A DNA stretch of 64,000 nt from Octopus sinensis. Lineage: Eukaryota. Where the stretch lies: positions 181,226,001 through 181,290,000 of the forward strand of contig NC_042997.1 in NCBI RefSeq assembly GCF_006345805.1, read 5' to 3'. The position numbers and the translations under genes were made by a program. Position 1 is the stretch's first letter; every line of letters starts with the position of its first letter. Under the pieces are notes generated by a model. The model worked only from the letters and a program-made list of their open reading frames with translations. It was not told the DNA's origin and did no database searches. This document shows positions 1 to 11,878 of the stretch, one piece after another.

Positions 1-540
1 TAAATGCTTATATGAAATGAATACATTTTGCATATTTTTCAGTGACTTTCATGCAGTAATCGTTTTAGTTCCAACGCATGATCTCAGATCAAACCACTCG
101 CCAGGCAAGTACATCTCCAAAGTTCATTTAATATATTTTCAATAAATTAATGTAAGTGTGTGCTGCTGCATACCTGGTCCTTTCTTTGTAAGGCCTTGCC
201 TCTTGAACAATGGGAATTAAAGTCGTGCTTATGCTAACTAATAGACACAATTCAATATCACAAGGAACTTAATCTGTAGTATTACCGCTTACACACACAT
301 ATATATGCATATGAAAAGGTTAAACGAAAGCGCTTACATACTAGAAGAAAACTTCCTCCGGATTGGTTAGTGACATTGTCATAAAAGATTTCGTACCATT
401 TTTTTAATTATCTATTTTTAAAATTACCTACACACTTCAAAATTGTATTAAGTAATTCTCATAGGCTTTCGTATATATATACATACACACGTACGCTTTA
501 AAATACACACACATACACACATACATATATATATATATAT

Positions 541-850
541 GGACGTGCAATAGCCCAGTGACTAGGGCAGCGGACTCGCGGTCGTAGGATCGCGGTTTCG
601 ATTCCCAGACCGGGCGTTGTGTGTGTTTATTGAGCGAAAATACCTAAAGCTCCATGCGTCTCCGGCAGGGGTGGTGGTAACGCCTGTTGTACTCTTTCGC
701 CCCAACTTTCTCTCACTCTCTCTTCCTGCTTCTTGAGTAACGCTGCGATGGACAGGCGTCCCGTCCACCTAGGGGGAACACATACGCCACAGAAACCGGA
801 AAACCGGGCCCATGAGTCTGGCTAGGCTTGAAAAAGGGCGCATAAAATAA
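541..850 (+). mobile_element. tRNA-derived SINE, family A, tail variant 1
   Basis: A-box-like TAGCCCAGTG and B-box-like GGTTTCGATTCCC; head and body match the copies at 23680, 31778, 38028 and 56841, but the 3' tail differs (GCGATGGACAGGCGTCCCGTCC...). Confidence 0.85.
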
Positions 851-1639
851 ATATATATATATATTTATATATATACACACACAAACAAGAATATATATGT
901 TGATCTCATATATACGCGTCCTAGATAGTATTTGAACTCAGAAATAAAATAGCCGTAACGTACAATGCACGGCATTTTTCAACACTGTTACGAGTTTTCC
1001 AAATCACTATCCTTTGTATATTTCTAAATTATATAATTTATTCTCAAATCACCGTTTAAGCAATTTCATACGGAACGGTAAGAGTAAAATTTCAATTTTG
1101 TCATTCGTATTTTGTTATTCGGTATGTTTTAATTTAACACATGTTGATTTAGTAATTAAAATCTCCCAACCGAATAGAGTAGTTTATGCAGCCAGCAATA
1201 TTGTTTTCTCTTCGCTGATGAGTGGATGCTCACACAAAACCTGAGGTTTCATTGTTTGATAAGAAACATATATTTAAACATTTCATATGTATCTTTAATT
1301 ATACTTGAATGTGTATCTTCTATGAACATCTGATCAATATATATGTTCAAACCATTATTGATCTTTCTGCATCTCTGGTAGAGAACAGGATATATGTACA
1401 CCCACACACCCACACACATACAGGCACACACACACACACACATACATAAACGCACACACCCACACATATACACAGACACATACACAACATGCACACACAC
1501 AAACAAAAATACACACACACACACACAAACACACTCAAATACACACACATGCACGCACACATATATTCGCCTAGAAGTAGTAAGAAACTCTACATAGGAG
1601 TTGAGCAGTAGGTCTTCAGAGAAGCCCTCCCCACACCAA

Positions 1640-2120
1640 CCATGCAAATGTTTCGGCCCTTAATTCTTTACACTCAAAGGAGGCCGGGCCGCATGCAGGT
1701 CTAACTCGTGGATAACCCTCTGCTACCACATTCAACCATTGTAACGCTGTAACGCACTGGAGGGTTAAGGTAACCCAGACTCTTGGTACCTTTGTGCAAT
1801 AACCAGCTCATTGGAAGACACCAGTTGATTGTAGGGTATACACAGCCTTTTGAAATTTCTTTCCATTCCTCATAGATCAGATGAAATTTGGAACTCAGTT
1901 GCACCTGCCATTGCCTTAAGAGCTCTGTTTCCCTTTCTCCCAGAAATTGAGAGCTGCTTTATGAGGTCATATACAGATTTTTTCATAAACCCTCTCGCAC
2001 CTATCTTTATGGCGGAATATCTCTACTTGTACTTTCAAACTGGCTGAGAAACAAATGTGGCTCTCTTTAATTTCGTCCGGTAGTATCAAGAGTTTACCAC
2101 TTTTTCCAACCCCAGTTTGA
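1640..2120 (-). pseudogene. Degenerate C-terminus and 3' UTR of an RLE-type non-LTR retrotransposon (HERO/NeSL-like)
   Basis: Manual minus-strand translation across a frameshift gives DEIKESH...VEIF/AIKIGARGFMKKSVYDLIKQLSISGRKGNRALKAMAGATE, resembling the EVGxRGF...AAE C-terminal motif of RLE LINEs. Clade assigned from memory. Confidence 0.5.
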
Positions 2121-2138
2121 AACTTATGGTAGGGATAC

Positions 2139-2304
2139 AGTTCTATATTTAAGAGATGAGGAGTTATGTACATTATTTAATTTATTTACATTATTTACAT
2201 TCGACGGATATTTGTCCTCATCTTGTTTGTTGTTAACACAACGTTTCGGCTGATATACCTTCCAGACTTCATCAGGTGTCTTGGGGAAATTTCGAACCTG
2301 TAAA
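2139..2304 (-). mobile_element. 5'-truncated SINE family D copy with 15-bp TSD
   Basis: TTATGGTAGGGATAC at 2124-2138 and 2305-2319; body homologous to 31396-31620 and 32241-32425, which carry a tRNA head. Confidence 0.8.
2235..2280 (-). ncRNA. Putative minimal type I hammerhead-like motif in the SINE D body
   Basis: Minus strand reads GACAC-CTGATGA-AGTCTGGAAGGTATATCAGCC-GAAACGTT-GTGTT. Both core boxes present; stem I GACAC/GTGTT; imperfect stem II; only a palindromic ACGT for stem III. Confidence 0.45.
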
Positions 2305-2498
2305 TTATGGTAGGGATACTTCAATATATTTATAAAATAGATTCTGTATTCCGCGTATTGCTAGAAGTAAGAGTCGAAAAATACTCAAGCTACAAGAACA
2401 TGGAAAATTTAACAAACTGACGAAATTCGAAATCGAGGAGCGAGTAGCAGCCAACCTACCATAGCGGGGGTAAGTCACAAATGAATTTGCAGATATAT

Positions 2499-2538
2499 CC
2501 ATATCACGTAATTTCGAACTCTGAGTTCTCTTCAGTGG
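2499..2538 (-). ncRNA. Minimal type I hammerhead ribozyme (Penelope-like)
   Basis: Minus strand reads CCA-CTGAAGA-GAAC-TCAGA-GTTC-GAAA-TT-ACGT-GA-TA-TGG. Perfect 4-bp stem II, stem III with palindromic ACGT loop, AUA cleavage triplet, 3-bp stem I. Confidence 0.65.
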
Positions 2539-2756
2539 GTTTCGCTGCCTGGGGTTAAACTAATACTCGATTCGTCATGCTTCTTAAAATCGTCGAAAGA
2601 TTGGTACTATCTTGTACCCTTAATTAAATTTACCGTTTTGGTTTTTATGATTACTAGCCACTTATATTATTATTATTTATTAATAATAATATCCTTATTT
2701 ATGTACACAAACACGCACACACAAACGCACACACACACACACACATACATATATAT

Positions 2757-2776
2757 ATAAAGTGATCACGTGATAC

Positions 2777-2810
<34 letters not shown>

Positions 2811-2830
2811 GTATCACGTGATCACTTTAT
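2757..2830. repeat. Perfect 74-bp palindrome around a (TA)n core
   Basis: ATAAAGTGATCACGTGATACATTA-(TA)n-TAATGTATCACGTGATCACTTTAT. Confidence 0.9.
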
Positions 2831-2925
2831 CGCCCATACTATTGGATGTTAATATACATCACAATGTGCTTCCCATCATTTTAGCTTTCGAATGATATCA
2901 CCCCGTCGGCTAGACGAGCAGGCCC
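2810..2925 (-). mobile_element. Diverged 3' tail of SINE family A (variant 2)
   Basis: Reverse complement matches 9521-9642 and 23830-23960. Confidence 0.65.
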
Positions 2926-4019
2926 CGCGTGTGTGTGTGGTGTGTGTGTGTGTGTGCGTGCGTGTGCGCGTACGTGTGTGTGTGTTTGCCCTTCGGGAAT
3001 AGGGGAAAAAAAAGAAGGAAAAGTATTTTAGGTTTCGAGTGAAACCCTTCGTCTGAAAGAAAGGAATGGCGAGGAGAGAAAAACGAAGAAAGGAAATGGA
3101 GAAGAGAATGCAGGTATATGTACAACCGTCACAAAATTCTGAAATATACGGTATTTTAAATTACATTATGCTGTATTATATTATGTTACAATGCATTGTA
3201 TATACATAAATACATGCATATGTATATATAGGTTTTAACATACGTATAAAGATATGCGTTAATAAATTTAAGTTTTTGTTTATTTTTCATGACTTATAAT
3301 AAAGCAAATTAAAATATTACCAAAAAATATATTTATTTTCCGAAAAATAAGTAACCATAAAAATACAGTTTATTATAACTCTATGTTAAATCTTTTACGA
3401 AATAGATACTTTTTTTAAATTTCACTTATCCTTCTTCTTTCAACCATCCTACACGGATTTTTAATTGATGAACAGTATTGCAGAGTTCAGCTTCAATAAA
3501 TTCATTTGTTTCAATTATTATTTTTACTTTTTTGTTTTAGAGATTGTGTTTTCTTTTTTTTTTTTTTTTTTTTGACGGTTTTGCATAACCAACATTTTAC
3601 AAAAGGTCTTGTAAAACTACATTATAGAAACCCTACATTAACTGATATTGATTCGATGCTTGCGTGTCCCAATGGATTTCCAATTTGTTGCCTTTCTAAT
3701 GATTCTTTGACAACAACAATTCTATGATCTTCAATTGAAGATCATCCAGTTGAATGGCTTTAATAAAACTTGATCTTTTCTTTCGTTTGGGTGTGCATGC
3801 GCATGTGTGCGTATGTGTGTTGTGAGTGTGTGTACTTGATTATTTTTCTGTAAAATATTCTATCGAATGCGTCATGGCACTTAAACTGAAGGAGCTGTTA
3901 TGGGTCTATTTATAATCTTGCACATTAGGGGCTATCTCACTCTCATCATAACAATACAGAATCTCAGCAATCGAAAGACTTGTTTCCAAACTTATAATAA
4001 CGTTCTAGAAAACAATACA

Positions 4020-4139
4020 AGCATGTATAGGTTCATACATATGTATGTATGTACGTATTTATGTATGTATGTACGTATGTATGTACGTGTGTACGTATGT
4101 ATGTATGCATGTACATATGCATGTACGTATGTATGTATG

Positions 4140-4171
<32 letters not shown>

Positions 4172-4196
4172 TGTACATATGCATGTATGTATGTAC

Positions 4197-4227
<31 letters not shown>

Positions 4228-4300
4228 TGTATGTATGTATGTATGTATGTATGTATGTATGTGTGCATGTATGTATATGTGCATGTATATATGTCAATAT
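4020..4300. repeat. (TATG)n compound microsatellite
   Basis: Directly visible; explains the MYVC/TYIH ORFs. Confidence 0.95.
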
Positions 4301-4890
4301 TCAGTTTAATTCAAGATTTCTTGCAAATAGAAAATGAACCGGTTTCTAACCTAGATCCAAGACTCCTTGATTGGAATTTTGATATCTACAACAGGGTATT
4401 TTTGTTTGTTTGTATGTACGTACGTATATAAGTATGTGCAGATTTGCATGTTTTATGTATATATTCTAATGCATATCGTTGCATTTCTAGACATGCTCAT
4501 ATATATTTAAATGATAAACTTCTGGAAAGTTTTACAGATTTTTTGTTCCAGTGATGGTTTGGATCTGTAGTCTTCGAATTAGCTTTCTCCATTCTGGTTT
4601 TGAGAAGCTTAAATTCTCAAGATTGGTATTTAGACAGTGTGTTACATATTTCAGGGCCCCAATGATTACAGGTATAAACCTTAATTTGTAATCTGGATAG
4701 AGTAACTGCAGATTTCTCAATAGTTCAGCATAGGTGTTCTCTTTCATTGATCTTCAGCTTTATGTTATCATCCGCTGGGCAGCTAATTTCCACAACTGTA
4801 CAGTTTCTCTTCTCTATCCCAAATCATCATATCAGGCCTGTTGTGCTTACATTTTATTGGGGTCTTCATTGTCTCATTAATTCAGCAGAA
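4290..4890 (-). pseudogene. 3' end of an R4/Dong-like RLE non-LTR retrotransposon (endonuclease remnant and 3' UTR)
   Basis: KTPIKCKHNRPDMMIWDREEKL/TVVEISCPADDNIKLKINE/ENTYAELLRNLQLLYPDYKLRFIPVIIGAL across frameshifts, a PD-(D/E)xK RLE motif; the 3' UTR runs into (CATA)n. Confidence 0.8.
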
Positions 4891-4952
4891 ATGTTTTGTT
4901 TTGCATCAATCATTGACATTTTTACATCAACTGCTTTATTTTTTATTTTTCA

Positions 4953-5340
4953 ATTGTTTCAGTCATAAGACTGCAGCCATGTTGAGTCATTGCCTTGAAG
5001 AAATTTAGTCGAACAAATCGATCGTAGTACTTTTTTTAAACCTCATACTCATTCTGTCACTTCTTTTGCCGATCTGTTAGATTACAGGGACACAAACACT
5101 GGTTTTCATCGCCGACTTTCGAGCGATGCAGTAGGAAAAGACACGCACACACAAACACATACACTCCCATATAAATATATATTACTACTTTCTATTTCCG
5201 TCTAATAAATCCACTCAGAAGGCTTTGGTCGGCCTGAGGCCATAGTAGAAAATACTTGGTCAAGGTGTCGCACAGTAGGACTGAACCCTTAACCATGTGG
5301 TTGGGAAGCAAACTTCTTATCGCACAACCATGCCTACTAT
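4953..5340 (-). mobile_element. SINE family B (tRNA head, CORE-like block, internal CA/TA microsatellite)
   Basis: Homologous to 39490-39843 and 42091-42556; the ACCTTGGGCAAGT-type block resembles the CORE domain (from memory of octopus OR-type SINEs). Confidence 0.8.
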
Positions 5341-5379
5341 GCAACGAGTATCAATTACTACTTACTTTACTTGAATCCT

Positions 5380-5760
5380 ACATTTTCTCCGAGGTGTAGG
5401 CATTCAACGAATTTTTTCTGCACTGTTCTAAGCCTGGGATGTTTTTCTGCTTTTTCATCATTCCCTCAGTACCCTGCCTCTTGTTATTTTCGGGGCATTC
5501 TCACTTCTGCCTCATTTGCTGGTTTCAGGTCGGTGAAATGTAGGAACTTAGTTTTACTGCACCGAGTCATATTGTTTCCGTAAGGGTAGGCTTTCATATG
5601 CCAGATTTTGATTTCAGTTACTATGCACAGTTTCTTTTCTGTGTCACAGATATTTATATCTGATCTCTTACACATATGGTTTATTGAAGCCTCCTTAGGA
5701 GTATTCCACCAGTATTCTTTCAGGTAATGTGTGATTGGGTCCTCCACATCACAGTGGTTT
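5380..5760 (-). pseudogene. Second, more decayed RLE (R4-like) fragment
   Basis: EYWWNTPKEASINHMCKRSDINICDTEKKLCIVTEI aligns with the 4790-4880 motif. Confidence 0.55.
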
Positions 5761-6299
5761 CTTAAATTTGTATCTTCGTGATTATACATTCTACAGCGCC
5801 CGTTATAAAACGTTTCTGGTATAATGTATTTATATATGTACGAATGTACGTACATACCTACATACATATGTACGAATACATGTATATATGTATAAGTATA
5901 ACAAAACCTATAGAGATTTTCCAATTGAAGATAGAATTCTATAATTAATTCTCGTTGTTTTGAACAAGTGCAAGAACGGAATAATCGCAGAAATATCATG
6001 CTAATGTCAGAATGACATCTTTGGTGGAACAATTTCACAAAAGATACCTCGAAACTTTGCAATTTGTTCTACTTCCGATTTGTGAATACAACTCCTTTCA
6101 AGACGAACAATTCATACGCTAATAATTTCATACATTAATATGTAAAGAAAGTATACCTCTGGAGAATCTGCTATATTTTTGTTATATTTTATTTTATTTC
6201 CATGCGTGGATTTTGTCTATAATCGATTTGAACATAACGGTAATTTCAGAGAAGCGATCAGAAGAAAGGATTCTCATTGTTGTCGTTGCTACAGCAGTT

Positions 6300-6301
6300 T
6301 C

Positions 6302-6339
<38 letters not shown>

Positions 6340-6432
6340 AGTTCATACATGTATGTAAGCATGTAGCGCGCGCGTGTGCGCGAGCGTGTGGCTTGTGTAT
6401 GCGTCTATGTGTATATGTATGGAAGTATGTAC

Positions 6433-6466
<34 letters not shown>

Positions 6467-6541
6467 TATGTTGTGTGTGTGTGTATACATGTATATATAT
6501 ATATGTATATGTGTGTATGGGTGTTTACACACACATACGCA

Positions 6542-6590
<49 letters not shown>

Positions 6591-6638
6591 GTATATATAT
6601 ATTATACGTATATATATATATTATACGTATATATATAC

Positions 6639-6709
<71 letters not shown>

Positions 6710-6712
6710 ATA

Positions 6713-6744
<32 letters not shown>

Positions 6745-6793
6745 CGTATATATATTTTTATACGTATATATAATATTATACGTATATATATAC

Positions 6794-6845
<52 letters not shown>

Positions 6846-6960
6846 ATATATATATATATATATTAATATATATATATATAATATAATATATATATATATA
6901 TATCTATATATAATATATATACACGTATATATACATGTGTGAATGTGTATTTTTGTACGA
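6300..6960. repeat. Long (TA)n-rich compound microsatellite
   Basis: Directly visible. Confidence 0.95.
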
Positions 6961-7554
6961 ATATATACATGTATATATTGAGATAGAGAGAGGAGGGAAA
7001 GAGAGAGACGTTATGTGTTCAGGTGTGTATGTGACATTGTAGTTAAAACCTAAACCTAGTTGTTACTTCCTAGATTATGCATTTAATGTCAAACAACGCT
7101 TTAAAATATATCATATTATCTCATTGATATGAATATCTCGTAAGTAAATACTTTGTACGATAACAAGCATATCAAATCTTTGAATATGGAACATGCTTTG
7201 AAAGATGCATGAGAATTTTATGTAGTTTTCTATTTATGAACTGACAAATATTCTGATATCGTGTGTCTACGGGCCTTGTGCGATCTTCAGATTTATTATT
7301 CCTAGATGTTTCTTGCCTTCAGCACATTTCGACATGGAGGATTTGTCGTTGTTGTTACTTGGTCCTAATTCAACTCTGGTTGAGTAGACTTATTATATAC
7401 GCAAAGTTATTCTGTTTGTAACCATCGCGTCTTTCCCTTTTGTAAGTTGGGAGTTTATTTTAGGGAAACTGTTGTTGTTTTTAAGGAAATTGTTGTTGTT
7501 TAGGGAAATTATTGTTGTTTACTTCAAATCGAGTCTAACTGAATTTATCTATGA

Positions 7555-7947
7555 CTAGCAGTATAGCCCGGCGTTTGCTGGGTTTGTTTTCTTTTCGACA
7601 CTTTAGAATGGAAATTTTTGAAAAGTAAAAATTTCGCATTATGTAGCTTGTTATTCTCTTTAAATGAACATTTTTCTGGTTGAAATACACCGAAAATGGT
7701 GACAGCAGTAAAAAAAATCATTAAAAAATAGGGATTTTCATAGAAAAAAAGCACCTTTTTGATGCAAATAATTTTTGGTGTTAACATGGTCCGATTTGAA
7801 TTTTATCTTCTACAGAATAAAGAGCAAGCCTTCTTCTATCATACTTTCAATTTTGGTCAACTTGCGCCGCAGGGTCTCGGAGGAGATAGTGTTAGTTGAA
7901 GGCTACCAAACCTGCCACACACAGACAACTTCAGCTTTATATAAAGA
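7555..7947 (-). mobile_element. Non-autonomous Helitron
   Basis: Minus strand starts TC and ends CTAG, with a CCCAG...CGGG hairpin just upstream; inserted between A and T with no TSD; paralogous empty site at 8194/8195. Confidence 0.85.
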
Positions 7948-9520
7948 TTATGGACATTACATCCGGGATCAACTATTTATAGCAGGAGATTTTGTTGGCT
8001 CGATATGTTGGTGCTAATTTAAAGTGTGAATATGCTGTACTCTCTCTCTCTCTCTCACACACACACTCTTTCCCTCACACTCTTTCAATATCCCTTTCTT
8101 TCTCTCTCTTGTGCTCTCTTCCTGTTATTGTTGTTATCACGCCTGTTATTGTTGTTATCTACTTCAAATCGATTCTAATTGAATTTATCTATGATTATGG
8201 ACATTCCATCCGGGATCATCTCATCTTTTTTTCGAATATAGTATATCTAGTACTTCACTCTCAGACTTTTTAACTCGTTATGTATGGCGTGTTTTAGAAG
8301 AGAATTTGCTATCATTGCTAACAATTCATGCGACTGTGTCGTCGCTGCAGGCCAGCAGAATCTGGCAGTCGCTACTGTGGAGATGAGCAAGATGGAGTCA
8401 GTCAGGATGAGCATTCGATACACGACGACTGACACTTTCTTATTACTATACTTAGCAGTAACTTCAACTACAGAAAATTTTCTAGATTTAAAATATATTA
8501 AAACACATTAAAATAGATTGTTTTTGTTTTTTGGTTTGATTTTTTTTTTATATGATGTTCCATATAAACTTCACAAGTAAAAGAGAATACGTTACAACTC
8601 CCGGAAATTTAAACACACCATTCAAGATCGAGAAGATAAATACGAAAGAAGGAATCCATTGGAGCTTCAATGAAATGAACTGATGCAAACATAATCTGCT
8701 GAAATTGGCAAATGCATTATTTAAAGATGAAGCGAGGGCGGTCAGATTGTACAAATAACTTTATTTGCCTGAATGAGTAACTCCTAAGAAAATGTAATAT
8801 CACTGTCCGAAATTTTGACAGAAAGGGAAGAGACGGTAAACCTGACTAAATTTTATGATATGAAGACTAACAAAGAGATGAGAATTCTTGATCAAAATGT
8901 CTGTTTTAATTAAATGATATACGTAAAACTGCTACGTATTGAAACTTTAACTCAAATGAGAACTTCAGGGTGGGTTGCAAACAGGAAAAAGAATTGCCAA
9001 GCTGGCATGCAGTTTATCTTAATATGTATTAAGTCATTGCAGCATCCTCTAAAGATTCACGTGTATTAGAATCAGCGTGGGAAAAAACAAAGTTGTATCT
9101 TAGGATCTAGAAACGAAAATGCAAAACTTAGAAATTTGAGACCGAAGAGGAAAAAATTTTCGTAAATTTGTTGATAGCGGCAAAAATATTTACAAGAACA
9201 GCGAGGAAAGTAAGAAATAATATGACATTTATTTAAACAATATTGGTACAAACCAGAAATCTGTTAGAATTTAGTATAATTAGTTGAATACTCATGAAGG
9301 GTTGGAAGAAAATGACGTGTTTGACAATATTTGAACTGAAAATGTAGTCACAGTATTTATCAAAACATTAGCATATTGCATTGTCATATAAGTTTCCTTA
9401 TAAAATAGGTTATCATTAGGGTTAGGGTTAGGGTTACCCGATGTCATCCACAATTAGGATATTATTTTCACTGGATCTATGTCAGGAAATCCGCAGTGAT
9501 TGTTGAGATTATATATATAT

Positions 9521-9640
9521 TGGCCTGCTCGCTTAGCCAGCGGGGTGACGTCATTTGAAGGCTAAAACTATGCGAAACGCATTGTGACCAGCGATGTGTA
9601 ACAACATCTGATAGCCTGGTCGGTCACGGTGATCACGGTG

Positions 9641-9642
<2 letters not shown>
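9521..9642 (+). mobile_element. Isolated 3' tail of SINE family A (variant 2)
   Basis: Matches the tail of the 23680-23960 copy. Confidence 0.75.
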
Positions 9643-9672
<30 letters not shown>

Positions 9673-10760
9673 ATGTGTGTGTGTGTGTGTGTGTGTGTCT
9701 GTGTGTATGTGTGTCTGTGTATTTATGAGTTTGTGTATATACATATATATGAATGCGTATACATACGTACATACATATTTACATATATAAACATAAACAT
9801 TTATATATACGTATGTATGTATGTATGTATGTATGTATGTATGTATGTATGTATGTATGTATGTATGTATGGTGTGTAGTCGGTAAAATGTGTTCTAAGC
9901 TTTAGATAATGTACACGTTTTGCCTTTATCAGTATGCCGTCCACCCTCAATTACGAATACATTTAAGACCTATTAAGCGACACAATGCAACCGCCGCCTT
10001 CGCCAGTATTGGACTTCTTCACTTATGAACTTAACGGTGGTCGACTTCCTAGAATAAAGTATGTATTATATAGAGCTGCGGTTCTTAACCATTTTTTGCC
10101 TGTAGATCCCTTTGATTCCTCTTTTACTTTAATGAGAATGCGGGGTACTACTATATTACTAGAAATAAGAATTAAAACTCTTAGAGTCGCAAGAAAGCAC
10201 ATTTCCATATACTGACGGGAGAGGTAACCACCCCAATAAGTGAAGCTAGATTAACCTACCCTCAGTTACATTTCCTTATTAATTTTATTTTGCGTATAGT
10301 TGCCTTTGCTATTTTATCATTTTCACATTAGCATTTTGCAAAATCAGCCATAAATTCATATGATAAATATATGTACTGACAGTCAGGATTTAGCCACACC
10401 ATTCAGCAGTGGAGTTGTCACTACTGACAAGCTTGTAATTTTCAAGCAAAACTAGTCTGGTAAAGTGATCTAGCGTCGTTTATTGGGGCAATGATCTTTC
10501 CTGTCAGAATGAAAATGTTTTCTTGCGACTCTAAGGGATTTTAAAGTATATAAAGTATATATATATTAATATTATTAATAGTTAGGGAATATAAAAAATT
10601 TGAAGCCAACAGGGAAAAATTTCAAATTAGCACACTAAATTAATTTCTATGTGGGTATTATAGGTAATATCTTTTCAGTATTTATTGAATAACTAAATAG
10701 CGGTTTGTCTCTAAATTATATACATACATAATATATATATATATATAATATATAATATAT

Positions 10761-10832
<72 letters not shown>

Positions 10833-10839
<7 letters not shown>

Positions 10840-11119
10840 AATTAGAGACAAAACCACTATTATGCAAATCAATCAAAGAAAGACTTAAGCAAATACATAA
10901 ATAATTTATATAAATTAAATTTAACAAATGAATAACCACTACGATCGTTTCGTGTCAGCACATCTTAGACATTCTTCAGATGTCTAAGATGTGCTGACAC
11001 GAAACGATCGTAGTGGTTATTCATTTGTTAAATTTAATTTATTAAATTAGTTTATGCATTGGCTTAAGTCTTTCTTTGTTTGATTTACATAATAGTGGTT
11101 TTGTCTCTAATTTATTATA
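10833..11119. repeat. 140-bp-arm inverted repeat (Penelope-like terminal repeat, head-to-head)
   Basis: Arms 10833-10972 and 10980-11119, 7-nt spacer TCTTCAG, a few mismatches distally; flanked by (TA)n. Confidence 0.9.
10936..10979 (-). ncRNA. Hammerhead ribozyme core truncated at stem I
   Basis: CTGAAGA-ATGTC-TAAGATGTGCT-GACAC-GAAA-C-GATC-G-TA-GTGG: palindromic GATC loop III, GUA triplet; the native 5' arm of stem I appears lost at the inversion junction. Confidence 0.6.
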
Positions 11120-11189
11120 ATATAATATTTAACTATAAATTGGATTCAATCTTAAATCTGATTTTTTCCATGAAATTTGGATTTATTCC

Positions 11190-11200
11190 CTAATATTTAT

Positions 11201-11259
<59 letters not shown>

Positions 11260-11347
11260 ATATATATATACATAATATATTATATATATTATATATATAG
11301 TATATATATATATATATACACAATATATATATATAATATATATATAC

Positions 11348-11385
<38 letters not shown>

Positions 11386-11499
11386 ATATATAATATAATA
11401 TATATATATACACACATTATATATATATATACATAATATATATATACATATATATATACATAATATTATATACATATATATATATACATAATATCATTA

Positions 11500-11552
<53 letters not shown>
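11190..11552. repeat. (TA)n compound microsatellite
   Basis: Directly visible. Confidence 0.95.
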
Positions 11553-11553
<1 letters not shown>

Positions 11554-11878
11554 CGTGTGTGTGTGTGCGCGCGTGTGAGTGAAGGAGAAATGTACAGGTA
11601 TGACTCCTTTACTATTTACCACACTTATAGAAAAGTATAAAAAATAGCACAGAAGCCTTGAGAATATGCGATAACAAGGACAGGTAATAAAATGGAAATA
11701 ATCTGGAATATTAATCCTAAATACAGCGGCCAGCTGGCAGAATCGTTAGCCAGCTGGAGTTGATGTAATCAACTTACGCTGAAATTTCTGACCTTGCTCC
11801 AAAATTTAAAACCAATAGTAATTCTAAACAAGTGCACTCAGAGAGCGGAACCCTCCGCCAAGGCAATACCAACGTCTT

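Noticed and set aside
3020-3060. Hammerhead-like words (also 23605-23625, 34715-34765, 1213-1240, 1610-1660)
   Set aside because: Core mutated or stems I/III cannot be formed; at most decayed Penelope-like ends.
9416-9436. (TTAGGG)3 telomere-like repeat
   Set aside because: Too short to separate from chance or a repeat-internal motif.
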